From Acaryochloris marina MBIC11017 (GTDB lineage: Bacteria; Cyanobacteriota; Cyanobacteriia; Thermosynechococcales; Thermosynechococcaceae): 32,000 bases of DNA. Position 1 is the first letter of the stretch. The number at the start of each line of letters is the position of its first letter. The notes under the pieces were generated by a model. That model ran no database searches and was not told the origin of the DNA. It saw only the letters and a program-made list of their open reading frames with translations. The stretch lies in NCBI RefSeq assembly GCF_000018105.1, contig NC_009925.1, positions 5,100,001-5,132,000 on the forward strand, in the 5' to 3' direction. Shown one piece after another: positions 8,795 to 18,300 of this stretch. Made by a program: the position numbers and the translations under genes.

Positions 8795-11700
8795 CTACTC
8801 AAAGATGAAATTGTCATCCCTGAGTGTTGTCAGATCAATATTGAGTAATAGAACAGAGTGATTGTCACCAAAGTCGATCGCGACGTCATTCCCTTTTTGA
8901 CTGGCAGCGCCTAAAGTGGCGTCAAGATCGCTGAAGATGGCACTGACATCAAGGACGTCATCAGCAATATCAAAGTCAGTTACGATATTGGCACCGCTAT
9001 CTGCTTCAAACACAAACACGTCATTACCAGCGCCACCCGTCAATGTGTCATTACCACCGCCCCCTTCAAGGGTATCGTTGCCTTCTCCACCTTCGAGTAA
9101 ATCGTCGCCTGCATCTGCGATCGCCACCCGCTCAATGTTGATCCGCAGCAGTAGATCATCATCCGCCGTGAAGTCGCCCACCACTGGATCGATGACGGCA
9201 CCTGGGGCAGTGGTTCCTCCCAAGATATTGACGGGCGTAGCATCAGGATTGCCCACTGAACCATTGAAGCCAGGATGAGCACCGACAACACCATTCTCAT
9301 CCAGCCCGGTATCGCGGGCCGTTTGGTTGAGGAAGGCTGCATCTAGCTCATTATTCACTTCAGTTCCAGCATCAAGCACATCGCTACCGCGGCGTTCAAT
9401 GACAACCGGACCAATAAAGTTTCCTGCTGCATCGAAGATCGGATCGGCCAAGGGATTATCGGGTACCGATAGGAAGGCATCATTAGACGGAATAATCATT
9501 GTGCCCCAGGTAAAGAACCCTAGCCCAACTTGATTGGCGTTGACATTTAGCGTCAAAGAGGCACTTTCACCCGGATCAATGGGGCCGGGTATACCTGCAC
9601 CACCGATGATGGTGCCATCAACGCCATTGGCACCCGTTTGAGCATTGAACTCAGCGGCAATCCCTTCAATAGAACCATCCTCTGCCAGTCTTTCTAGACC
9701 AAGACTGGCCGCTTCACCCGCTGTAAACAGATCGAAGTTGGCACCATCATGAAAACCGAACCAAATGGGGGTTAAGAAGGTGCCACCTTCACCCAGCGTG
9801 TTGGTGACAGTGACGCGAATCGCTGTGCCAGAACCGATCTCGTCGCCGCGTAGCAGATCGTTGCCTGCACCGCCCTGGAGGGTATCGTTCCCTGCATTAC
9901 CCGCCAATACATTGTCGCCATCATCGCCAGTGAGAGCATCGTTATTGGTGGAACCCGTCAGATTCTCAATATTGCTGAGCTGATCTTGAATTGGGTTACC
10001 GTTGGCGATGTACTGAGCCTGTCCTGTAGACAGATCAGCAGTCACATCAGCACCAATATTTTGGAAGTCAGCCGTGTCGATGCCGTCACCGCCATCCGTG
10101 AGGTCGTTACCGCCGCCACCTTGGAGCGTATCGTCACCGAGTCCCCCCAGCAGCGTATCGTCACCGCCGCCACCAGAGAGGAGATCATCGCCGTCGTTAC
10201 CAGCAAGGGTATTGTCGTTTCCGTCGCCAAAGAGCTGATCGTTTTGGGCAGAACCGTCCAGATTCTCAAAGTTAGAGAAGTTCTCGAAGACGGTGCCGGA
10301 CCCTACTTCGTAAGATGCGCTGCCACTGGCCAAGCTAGCCACGACCGGAGCACCGATATTGATAAAGGAATTGGTGTCGTTCCCCTCTCCGCCATCAAGC
10401 GTGTCGGTACCGCCTGCGCCCGCAATAAAGTCATCCCCTGCGCCACCCTCAATGATGTTACCTGCTGCACCATTGGCAATGATGGTGTCGTTGTTAGCAG
10501 AACCAATCACGCCCTCAATACTGGTGAATGTATCGGTGACCGTGCGGCCATTGACTTCATATTCTGCTGATCCCGTACCATCAGCATTGAGCGTGACGTT
10601 AACGTCCGCGCCGATATCGGCAAAGCTAGCAATATCTGTTCCTTCGCCACCGTCGAGGCTATCGTTACCGCCGCCCCCCTGGAGCGTGTCGTCACCTGCA
10701 CCGCCTTCGAGGGTGTCATTGCCGCCGCCGCCCTGCAGCGCATCGTCACCATCTAAACCTTGCAGCGTATTGCTTTCACCATCTCCGATTAATAGATCGG
10801 CATCGTTTGATCCAATCACATTCTCAATGTTGGTGAGTGTATCGGTCTCAGCAATGGGGACGAGTCCTGTTGGACCGGCATCGGTGGCGATATTAATAAC
10901 GACCGGGCCGTTGATACCCGCAGGTGCGTTGTGCAAATGGATGGGGCTGAGCGTTCCATTACCGATATTTACTGGCAACAGATCTTCGGGGTTGATGCCA
11001 ACTAAGGAAGCACTGGTGCTATAGGTAACGGATCCATCCGGTGCAACTGTAAACAGGGCAGTCGCCGTCCCTGATGAATCAGTGCCAACCGGAGGCACTT
11101 CTTGATCACCACTAAGGTCTGTCGCGAACTCAACAGTACCGATGCCGTCTGCATCACGATTGTCGGCAATCAACTCAAGCTGACCACGCACTTCACCGGA
11201 TGGGAAGTCGTTGGTGTGGAAATTGAAGTAAAGGTTACCGGCAACGCCCTCAGCAATGATTTGGTCAGCGCCAATCCCAGCATTGGGGTCAACCAGGGCC
11301 AGTTCCGGCACGGTGAGATTAAAGCCATCGGCACCAATTCCATCTGGTCCTGCATCGCTGGCGATATCGACAACTACGGGACCGTTGATGCCTGTTGGTG
11401 CGTTATGAAGGTGGATGGGGCTGAGTGTGCCGTTACCGATGTTGACGGGGAGCAGATCGGCTTGGGTGATACCCGACAGCGAGGCGACCGTGCTGTAAGC
11501 GACCGATCCGTCTGGCCCCACGGTAAAGGTGGTGGTGGCAATGCCTGAAGCATCCGTCTCAACGGGAGGCACTTCTTGGTCACCGCTGAGGTTGGCGGCG
11601 AACTCAACCGTGCCGACGCCGTTACCATCCCGGTTATCAGCAACCAATTCAAGCTGGCCACGCAGTTCACCGGAGGGGAAGTCAGTGGTATGGAAGTTGA

Positions 11701-13414
11701 AGTACAGATTTCCGGCAATCCCTTCTTCAACAATGGTGGATGGATCAATACCATCGTTGGGATTGACAAGTGCTAAATCTGCGATCGTGACGTTAAACCC
11801 TGTCTCTCGCTCAGCAGTCCCTGCACCCAAGTCAACGGTAACGCCCACATCGCTGTCGTCATAGCGAACCGTATCTGTCCCTCTGCCACCGACAATCGTG
11901 TCATCGCCAAGACCACCAGTGACGGTAACACCCGCCCGACCCGATTGAGTAAAGCGATCGCTGCCAGCCCCGAGGCGGACCTCACCGTCGAGCGTGCCAT
12001 GATTCGTTACTTCAACACTGCCCAAAGCACCATTGGCATCAATCGCAAAGCCATTACCGCCTGCGATTACGCCGCGATTAGTAATCTGACCATCAAAGAC
12101 AACCCCCGATTCAATCAAGAGGCCCGCATCTGTTTCAGATGCAATGACGCCACCTCTATTATTCGCAATCGTCCCTGAGAAGGTCGCGGTGTCTAAGCCA
12201 GAGCCTACGAATAGACGTACTCCTGCCGGAACGTTGTCGCTGCCACGTCCTCGAATCAGACCGCTGTTATCAATACTGATGCCTTCGCTTAAGCCATTTT
12301 CAGAAGAGCCGCCCACTTGAATAGAGATACCGCTACCCGAGTTACCAGATCCCGCGTCGATAACGCCCCGTCGCCAATTCCTGACACTAATGTCGTCTGC
12401 TGTTCCATCGAGATATAGGGTGCCGTTACGCTGATCCCCAGTACCGACTACATCGCCAGCATTAATGAATGTGACATTATCACCGTCCAAATTAACGGTG
12501 CGGCTGCCGGACTTAATGCGTCCATGGTTGAAAATCTCCAGATCGTGCTCAGCATTGCCAATGTAGAGTCCGTTACGGGGACCGCTAATCAACCCTCTGA
12601 AGCCATTGATAATGCGACCGTCAAAGGCCACACCGTCTTCCACCACGACGCCGCCAAGGAAACCAACGTTCACCTCTGCTGTAATCGTGCCACTGTTCCT
12701 GACCGAGCCGCTGATCGTTGCCTCTGAAAGCCCAGAGCCGTTGAAAAATCGCAGACCACTGGAGCCATTTCCGGTCACCCGGGTGCCATCTGCGAAGACT
12801 TCATCCCCATCCCCTCGGCCCTGTAAGCGCCCAAAGTTAACGATATTAATGTCTTCATTACTGGGATCGCCTGCAGCACCCACCTGTACGGAAACAGCAT
12901 CGCCGAGATTGCCAACACCAGCATCAATCACACCGCGATGACCGTTAAATATCCTGAGGTCATCAACTGTGCCATCCACATACAGCGTCCCGTTACGCTG
13001 ATTGCCAGTCCCCAAAATTCGACCGAAGTTGGTGACGCGAATACCGTCGCCATCACTAAGATCGATAGCACGGCTATTAGAGCTGATGGTCCCAATATTC
13101 GTTAGTCTGAGACCACCACCTGTAGAGCTGATGCCGTTGAAATGACCCGCGATGGACCCGAAGTTTGTAATCCGGGCATTGGCACCACTGACCAGGACGG
13201 CTGTATTACCCGAATCGGGAGCTGAAAGAGATCCGCGACGGGAGATAAACAAGGACGCATGGTTCCCTGTAATGTCAACGGCGGGAGCACCGACGGGTGC
13301 GATTAGATTCTTGCGGATATAGGCGCGGCCATCATTACCAAGGGTAATACTATTCCCTAATCTCGCTGGACCAAACAGATGGAAGCCAAACCTATTAAAT
13401 CGAGCATTTGTCAT
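8795..13414 (-). CDS. Giant secreted RTX-type Ca2+-binding protein (RTX-1): beta-helix-like N-terminal repeats, 2 CHRD domains, spondin_N-like domain, several GGxGxD blocks, T1SS-type C-terminus
   Basis: Many hemolysin-type nonapeptides (LQGGGGNDTLEGGAGDDTLQGGGGNDSLDGGEG, and others). Two CHRD-like modules (AGNLYFNFHT(T/N)DFPSGE(L/V)RGQL...SPIHLHNAP). A spondin-like block (FLTPIWFGFHDGANFDLFTAGEAASLGLERLAEDG...IIPSNDAFL). C-terminus GGAGNDVFVFEADSGANIVTDFDIADDVLDVS...DDNFIFE. The start is moved from the track's TTG (13528) to the ATG at 13414 because MTNARFNRFG aligns with the paralog N-terminus MANRSNRFNG. Confidence 0.9.
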   Translation of the reverse strand: MTNARFNRFGFHLFGPARLGNSITLGNDGRAYIRKNLIAPVGAPAVDITGNHASLFISRRGSLSAPDSGNTAVLVSGANARITNFGSIAGHFNGISSTGGGLRLTNIGTISSNSRAIDLSDGDGIRVTNFGRILGTGNQRNGTLYVDGTVDDLRIFNGHRGVIDAGVGNLGDAVSVQVGAAGDPSNEDINIVNFGRLQGRGDGDEVFADGTRVTGNGSSGLRFFNGSGLSEATISGSVRNSGTITAEVNVGFLGGVVVEDGVAFDGRIINGFRGLISGPRNGLYIGNAEHDLEIFNHGRIKSGSRTVNLDGDNVTFINAGDVVGTGDQRNGTLYLDGTADDISVRNWRRGVIDAGSGNSGSGISIQVGGSSENGLSEGISIDNSGLIRGRGSDNVPAGVRLFVGSGLDTATFSGTIANNRGGVIASETDAGLLIESGVVFDGQITNRGVIAGGNGFAIDANGALGSVEVTNHGTLDGEVRLGAGSDRFTQSGRAGVTVTGGLGDDTIVGGRGTDTVRYDDSDVGVTVDLGAGTAERETGFNVTIADLALVNPNDGIDPSTIVEEGIAGNLYFNFHTTDFPSGELRGQLELVADNRDGNGVGTVEFAANLSGDQEVPPVETDASGIATTTFTVGPDGSVAYSTVASLSGITQADLLPVNIGNGTLSPIHLHNAPTGINGPVVVDIASDAGPDGIGADGFNLTVPELALVDPNAGIGADQIIAEGVAGNLYFNFHTNDFPSGEVRGQLELIADNRDADGIGTVEFATDLSGDQEVPPVGTDSSGTATALFTVAPDGSVTYSTSASLVGINPEDLLPVNIGNGTLSPIHLHNAPAGINGPVVINIATDAGPTGLVPIAETDTLTNIENVIGSNDADLLIGDGESNTLQGLDGDDALQGGGGNDTLEGGAGDDTLQGGGGNDSLDGGEGTDIASFADIGADVNVTLNADGTGSAEYEVNGRTVTDTFTSIEGVIGSANNDTIIANGAAGNIIEGGAGDDFIAGAGGTDTLDGGEGNDTNSFINIGAPVVASLASGSASYEVGSGTVFENFSNFENLDGSAQNDQLFGDGNDNTLAGNDGDDLLSGGGGDDTLLGGLGDDTLQGGGGNDLTDGGDGIDTADFQNIGADVTADLSTGQAQYIANGNPIQDQLSNIENLTGSTNNDALTGDDGDNVLAGNAGNDTLQGGAGNDLLRGDEIGSGTAIRVTVTNTLGEGGTFLTPIWFGFHDGANFDLFTAGEAASLGLERLAEDGSIEGIAAEFNAQTGANGVDGTIIGGAGIPGPIDPGESASLTLNVNANQVGLGFFTWGTMIIPSNDAFLSVPDNPLADPIFDAAGNFIGPVVIERRGSDVLDAGTEVNNELDAAFLNQTARDTGLDENGVVGAHPGFNGSVGNPDATPVNILGGTTAPGAVIDPVVGDFTADDDLLLRINIERVAIADAGDDLLEGGEGNDTLEGGGGNDTLTGGAGNDVFVFEADSGANIVTDFDIADDVLDVSAIFSDLDATLGAASQKGNDVAIDFGDNHSVLLLNIDLTTLRDDNFIFE
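10862..11800 (-). repeat. Tandem duplication of a 158-aa (474-bp) CHRD-containing module within RTX-1
   Basis: GFNVTIADLALVNPNDGIDPSTIVEEGIAGNLYFNFHTTDFPSGELRGQLELVADNRDGNGVGTVEFAANLSGDQEVPPV... is followed directly by GFNLTVPELALVDPNAGIGADQIIAEGVAGNLYFNFHTNDFPSGEVRGQLELIADNRDADGIGTVEFATDLSGDQEVPPV... The two copies stay collinear through ...TLSPIHLHNAP(T/A)GINGPVV. Confidence 0.9.
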
Positions 13415-13842
13415 GGCGTTACTATTCCCAATTAACCGCCTGTTGAAGGTTTGCAACAGCGGAGACCTCATATCATGCAGGCTGCAGCAGGCGCTGGGTT
13501 GAGACGACGATACTGTCGGAACCCACAAACCTCTGACTCAACTCTAGGGATGCCAGTGGGCATCAATGGATGCAATCACCCCAAACCACCCACAAACTAG
13601 AGTTGCAGTAACACAGTTTGTCCAGCGCCGATATCAGACACGTTAAAGCTTCAGCAGCTATCCCCCGTCAAACTATTGTCTGGCAAGGCTTTTGATGGCC
13701 ATACTGCAGCACTACCGAGGCAAATTATCACACCCTTTGCCTGTCAGAATGTGGAGTGAAACACAGCACTGAATAATGATCTATGCATTAATGGAGAGTA
13801 AGATTTGCATGTCTGTAAATATTAATGATGGTCCACCGTGGC

Positions 13843-15258
13843 TCAAGAATTGTTCCTCATCATTAGCCTTGGCCATTGTTCATTCCACTTATCACTAGCC
13901 ATCGCTGCTCTAATTTGCAGTAGATTGTGTGCTCCCTCCTGAGTCCACCGGACTTGACGCTGGCTGAGGTCTCTCGCTTCGATGAGTGTATCGATATGGG
14001 TTGCGAGCTCTTCACTGGTAAACGGCTTATTGTTCTTTTCCCATTGGCTGTAGTGTACAAGGTAGTCATAATTGATTTGTAAATAAACTTGTAAAGCACC
14101 CACCCGAAGCTGTTGCGCCGGATTCGACAGCTTAGCCTGCAGAAACTCAATTTTGGCGAGAGCCTCATCTGCTTGGCCGTGCCAGACGTCCAGCATTGCT
14201 CTCTCTATGAACTTCGTGAGCAATGCACTCAGGCCCTGTTGAGCCAGATCAAATTGTTTGGCGACATGAAACCAGTCCAGGACTTGCTCTAATGTCTGAC
14301 AGTAGGGTTGTAACATCACTAGAAGAGTACCGCTATAACTGGCATGATCGACTAGTCCATAAACGTGGGTCGTTGGGGCCAGACCTTGCTGAAGGCATGC
14401 GTTGAAAAGATAGGTTTCAAAGGTTTTTTGATCGTCTGCGATCGCAGAAACGATGTACGTTGGTGTGATCTCATGGGTAACTGTTGCCCCATCTGGCTGC
14501 GGGTCCAACCGATAGATCATCCCTAGCAATACTTCAGCTTGATCTTGGTTCTGAACAGGAATGAATCCCCGTTCCAGATGAATCACGAGTCGAGGGGCAG
14601 GTGGACTGACTAGTGTTGTTGATTCACCATTTTGGGCGGCAAGGCATTCTCCAATACGGTTCGTAGTGGTGCGAATTTGCACATGATTATTGACGCTCCG
14701 CCGTTGACAGTTGAGTTTTTCGAGATTAGCCTGGGCAACCCGATAGCTGTTAGATGCCCCCTGTTCGCATTGCAGCTTTGCCAAATCAGGATGGGTATCA
14801 GTGCCAAACTCCGTTAGTGTCGTTGGTGTACTTTGCCAGCCACAGTCTGGGTTGGTGCAACGGTGTTTTTGTAGACGGAGCTTGTGATCGCTAAAGACGG
14901 CGTGGAAGATTGATTGCATAAAGCCGTTTTTGGAAGCTTTCTGGCCACACTTCGGACAGAGGGTGAGCTTGGGCCCGAATAGGGCAGCTTGTTCAGCCAG
15001 AAGCGCGTTTTGGATTTTGGTCAGCAGCGCAATCTGCTCCTGATGTCGAAGTCCCAGGTCTAAAATGGACGCTGGTTTCTTCAAGTCGTAGATCTTGACG
15101 GTATCTCGCTTGACAACAGTTTGGCTGGCATTCGAGAACTTCTCAAATACGATACGAATTTCATCTCCCATGACTGTACAATCCTCTATCGAATATTCAG
15201 AAAGCAGTTCCTGTAGCTGCCGTAACTCACTCACTTCACAATCAATCTTTACGCTCAA
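13843..15258 (-). CDS. ISKra4-like transposase homolog (zinc-ribbon N-terminus; catalytic motifs possibly degenerate)
   Basis: 471-aa ORF. The track start at 15258 is a TTG; the first ATG is at 15171. It carries a Cys4 ribbon, CPKCG...CTNPDCGW. Blocks resemble those I recall from ISKra4-family transposases: VLDWFHVAKQF (LDxxH) and the C-terminal RQVRWTQEGAHNLLQIRAAMASDKWNEQW (RWS..G...LL.LR....W). The gene sits between the two RTX paralogs on the same strand. No convincing terminal inverted repeats were found. Confidence 0.6.
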   Translation of the reverse strand: MSVKIDCEVSELRQLQELLSEYSIEDCTVMGDEIRIVFEKFSNASQTVVKRDTVKIYDLKKPASILDLGLRHQEQIALLTKIQNALLAEQAALFGPKLTLCPKCGQKASKNGFMQSIFHAVFSDHKLRLQKHRCTNPDCGWQSTPTTLTEFGTDTHPDLAKLQCEQGASNSYRVAQANLEKLNCQRRSVNNHVQIRTTTNRIGECLAAQNGESTTLVSPPAPRLVIHLERGFIPVQNQDQAEVLLGMIYRLDPQPDGATVTHEITPTYIVSAIADDQKTFETYLFNACLQQGLAPTTHVYGLVDHASYSGTLLVMLQPYCQTLEQVLDWFHVAKQFDLAQQGLSALLTKFIERAMLDVWHGQADEALAKIEFLQAKLSNPAQQLRVGALQVYLQINYDYLVHYSQWEKNNKPFTSEELATHIDTLIEARDLSQRQVRWTQEGAHNLLQIRAAMASDKWNEQWPRLMMRNNS

Positions 15259-15298
15259 GTATTTTTGAGTGGTGACTATAAAGAGTTGTTGAGGTAAA

Positions 15299-15322
15299 GG
15301 CGGCAGGCTTGAGTCTGCCGCC
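15299..15322 (-). terminator. Perfect 8-bp GC-rich hairpin 14 nt downstream of the RTX-2 stop
   Basis: GGCGGCAG (15299-15306), loop gcttgagt, CTGCCGCC (15315-15322). The stop codon is at 15336-15338. Only a weak T-tract (CCTTTACC) follows on the minus strand. Confidence 0.5.
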
Positions 15323-15335
15323 GAAGTTTCTTTAT

Positions 15336-18300
15336 CTAGGAAAGGAAGTCACTCGTGTCTAAAGCTTGAGCCTGCACACCTTCCAGCAAGACTGTGTTTT
15401 CCTGTGCGAAGGTTAGTAGTACATCACCGCCAATCTGCTGGGCGCTGCTGATCACAGACTGCAGCTCGGTGGTGCCGAGGCTAAAGGCACTCACGTCAAG
15501 TAGATCAAGGCCATCTTGAAAATCAGTCACCACATCTGCCCCCAATGCCTCAGGTCCAAAGACAAAGGTATCGGCCCCAAGACCGCCGGTTAGGGTGTCA
15601 TCTCCTCCATTGCCAACGAGAACATTAACTTCTGCATTACCTAACAACACATCATTATTCTCAGACCCTGTCAGGTTCTCAATAGATATGAGCTGGTCAG
15701 TGACTAAACCGTTAGGTCCTTGGTAAGTAGCTGTACCGCGGCCATGCTCATCAATGCTGGCAGTTACAGCAGCACCAATATCAGAGAAGTCAGCAGTATC
15801 AATTCCCAATCCACCATCAGTTACATCGTTGCCGCCGCCGCCACGTAGAATGTCGTCACCAGCTCCCCCTAAGAGGGTGTCATTTCCAGCACCACCTGCT
15901 AGTTCATTTGCAAGCTCATTCCCAGAGAGCGAATCTGCATTAGCTGAACCGATTAGGTTCTCAATAGAGATCAACCGATCAACAACTCGACCGTTGGGAC
16001 CTTGGTAGATAGCTATACCACGACCATGCTCATCAAGTCGAGCCGTTACAGCAGCACCAATATCAGAGAAGTCAGCAGTATCAATTCCCAATCCGCCATC
16101 GGTTATGTCGTTACCGCCGCCACCGCGAAGCGTATCGTTACCAGCTCCCCCCAAGAGGGTGTCATTGCCAGCACCACCTGCTAGTTCATCATTACCATCA
16201 TTGCCTTCTAGACGGTTATTACCAGCCGCCGCTAGGATCACATCATTGTCGTTAGAGCCAACGACGTTCTCAATAGAAGCGAGAGTATCTGTCTCGATAA
16301 TCTCAGTGAAGACATTGCCATCACCCGTATCAACCCCAGGAGCCTGAACAAGTCCAGTGATATCTCCACCAGCATCTTGAACAACGTCAAGAATGACAGG
16401 TCCGTTAACACCTGCAGGGGCATTATGCAAATGAATGGCGCTGAACCCAGCAACTGGGAGCAGGTCAAAGGTCGCTAGCCCAGTGGTTTGCAAACTTAGA
16501 TCATAGGTAATGCTGCCATCTGGTGCGACTGTTAAAGTGACAAGACCTTCGCCAGTTGCTTCAGAGTCAGAAGTGGGTCCAGGTTCTTGGGCGGCATCTA
16601 GAACTGCCGAAAGAACGACAGTGCGAACGCCACCTTCTGTGACATCGCTCACGATGTTGTCTAACTGACCACGGATTTCACCACCGTTGAAGTCATTCGT
16701 GTGAATGTTGAAGTACAGGTTGCCCGCTAAAGCTTCTGACAAAAAAGCTGCATCATCTGCAACTGCTGCAGTATTCAAAGAATCGACTTCAATATTCTCG
16801 AAATGTAGAGCGAAGCCATTTTTGCGGGTTGCGGTACCATTACCATTGTCATCCAAGGTCACGTTGACTGGGACGTCAATATCATCAAAGCGAACGGTAT
16901 CGCGACCTGTGCCGCCACTGATACTGTCGTTACCCAGACCACCCGTGATAACAGCTCCTCGGCGAGATGAAGAGGTGAAGGTATCATCAAACCCACTAAG
17001 GATGACATCCCCTTTGAGAGCACCACGATTGTTAACCGTGACAGCTGCCTCTGCATTGCTGGCATCGATGGCCGCTACTTCACCCGCAATCAAACCATCA
17101 TTGTTAATTGAGCCAGCAACAGCGCCACTGATCTCAACGCCATTGTTCCTGCCAAAGATAATGCCTCTGTTATTGATATCCCCATCTAGCGTCGTCCCAG
17201 TCCGGATATCAATTCCATCGTCAGATCCTAGGATCCGCCCCCTGTTGTCAATATCAGAGGTCAATGTGGTATTGTCAGCACCTGCAAAGACACGAATCCC
17301 ATCTCCTTCAAGGTTGCCTTCACCCGCTCCACGACCTTGAATCCGGCCAGCGTTGCTAATGGAGGCTGTGACGATATCACCATCCACCTCTCCAGTTTGG
17401 AGAGAGATCCCAGCACCTTGGTTACCGCGTCCAGCATCAATGACACCACGACGCTCGTTGACAATGGAATAGTTATCTGCGGTGGCATCAGAGTAAACGG
17501 TGCCGTTGCGCTGATTGCCTGACCCAATAATCCGACCTGAGTTGGTCAAATTAACGCCAGTTCCATCAATATTGACTGCGCGGCTATCGCTCGCAATAGT
17601 CCCCCGGTTAACAACGTTGGCATCATGGGCAGCATCACCAAAATACAAACCATTTTGAGCACCAGCAATCAGACCGTGTCGCTCGTTGGTGAGAGTTCCT
17701 TGATAGGCCAAACCATTGGAGAAGCGAATGGCAGCAGTGGGGCCTTGGGTGCTTTCTGAGAGGATTCTGCCGCTGTTGATGATGTCCCCCTGATAGGTTG
17801 TACCACCACCTGTAACACCAGAGAAAATGCGAAGACCGTCACCAGCTAGACCGCTGGTAGCAGCCGCCTGTCCACGGCCTTGGATGGTGCCAGCATTACG
17901 GAAAGTTACATTAACCACGTCACCCAAAACTTCACCTGTCTGAAGGGCGACCCCTGCACCTTGATTCCCTCGACCAGCATCAATAACGCCACGACGGCCG
18001 TTAATGATGGCATAGTCATCAGCGGTGGCATCGGAGTAAACAGTTCCATTCCGCTGATCGCCAGTACCAACGATTTGACCTGAGTTGAATAGGTTGACAC
18101 CTGTACCATCAATGTTGACAGCCCGACTACCAGACTCAATGCGGCCTTGATTAATGATGTCTAAATCATGTTCCGCATTGCCGATATACAAACCATTGCG
18201 AGGACCAGAAATCAGACCTCGACGCTCATTAGTAATCCGTCCTTGGAAGGCGACGCCATCTTCAACTACAAGGCCCCCCAAGAAACCAACGTTTACTTCT

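Noticed and set aside
8916-13290. Numerous long ORFs on both strands inside RTX-1, for example 10359-11024 (+, 221 aa), 9986-10570 (+, 194 aa) and 11374-11769 (-, 131 aa).
   Set aside because: Their translations are low-complexity and Pro/Ser/Val-rich, lie out of frame or antisense to a strongly supported 1539-aa gene, and have no motifs. They are shadow ORFs typical of GC-skewed repetitive coding DNA.
13415-13528. The 38-codon N-terminal extension of RTX-1 given in the ORF track (start at 13528).
   Set aside because: That start is a TTG, and the extension (MWVPTVSSSQPSACCSLHD...) has no counterpart in the paralog. The ATG at 13414 gives an N-terminus collinear with RTX-2 (MTNARFNRFG vs MANRSNRFNG).
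13530-15297. Possible terminal inverted repeats for the ISKra4-like element (ACCTC...AACTCT near 13531-13548 vs the reverse complement of 15262-15296).
   Set aside because: Only about 11 matching bases, and a 3-nt gap is required. This is within chance expectation, so the element boundaries remain undefined.
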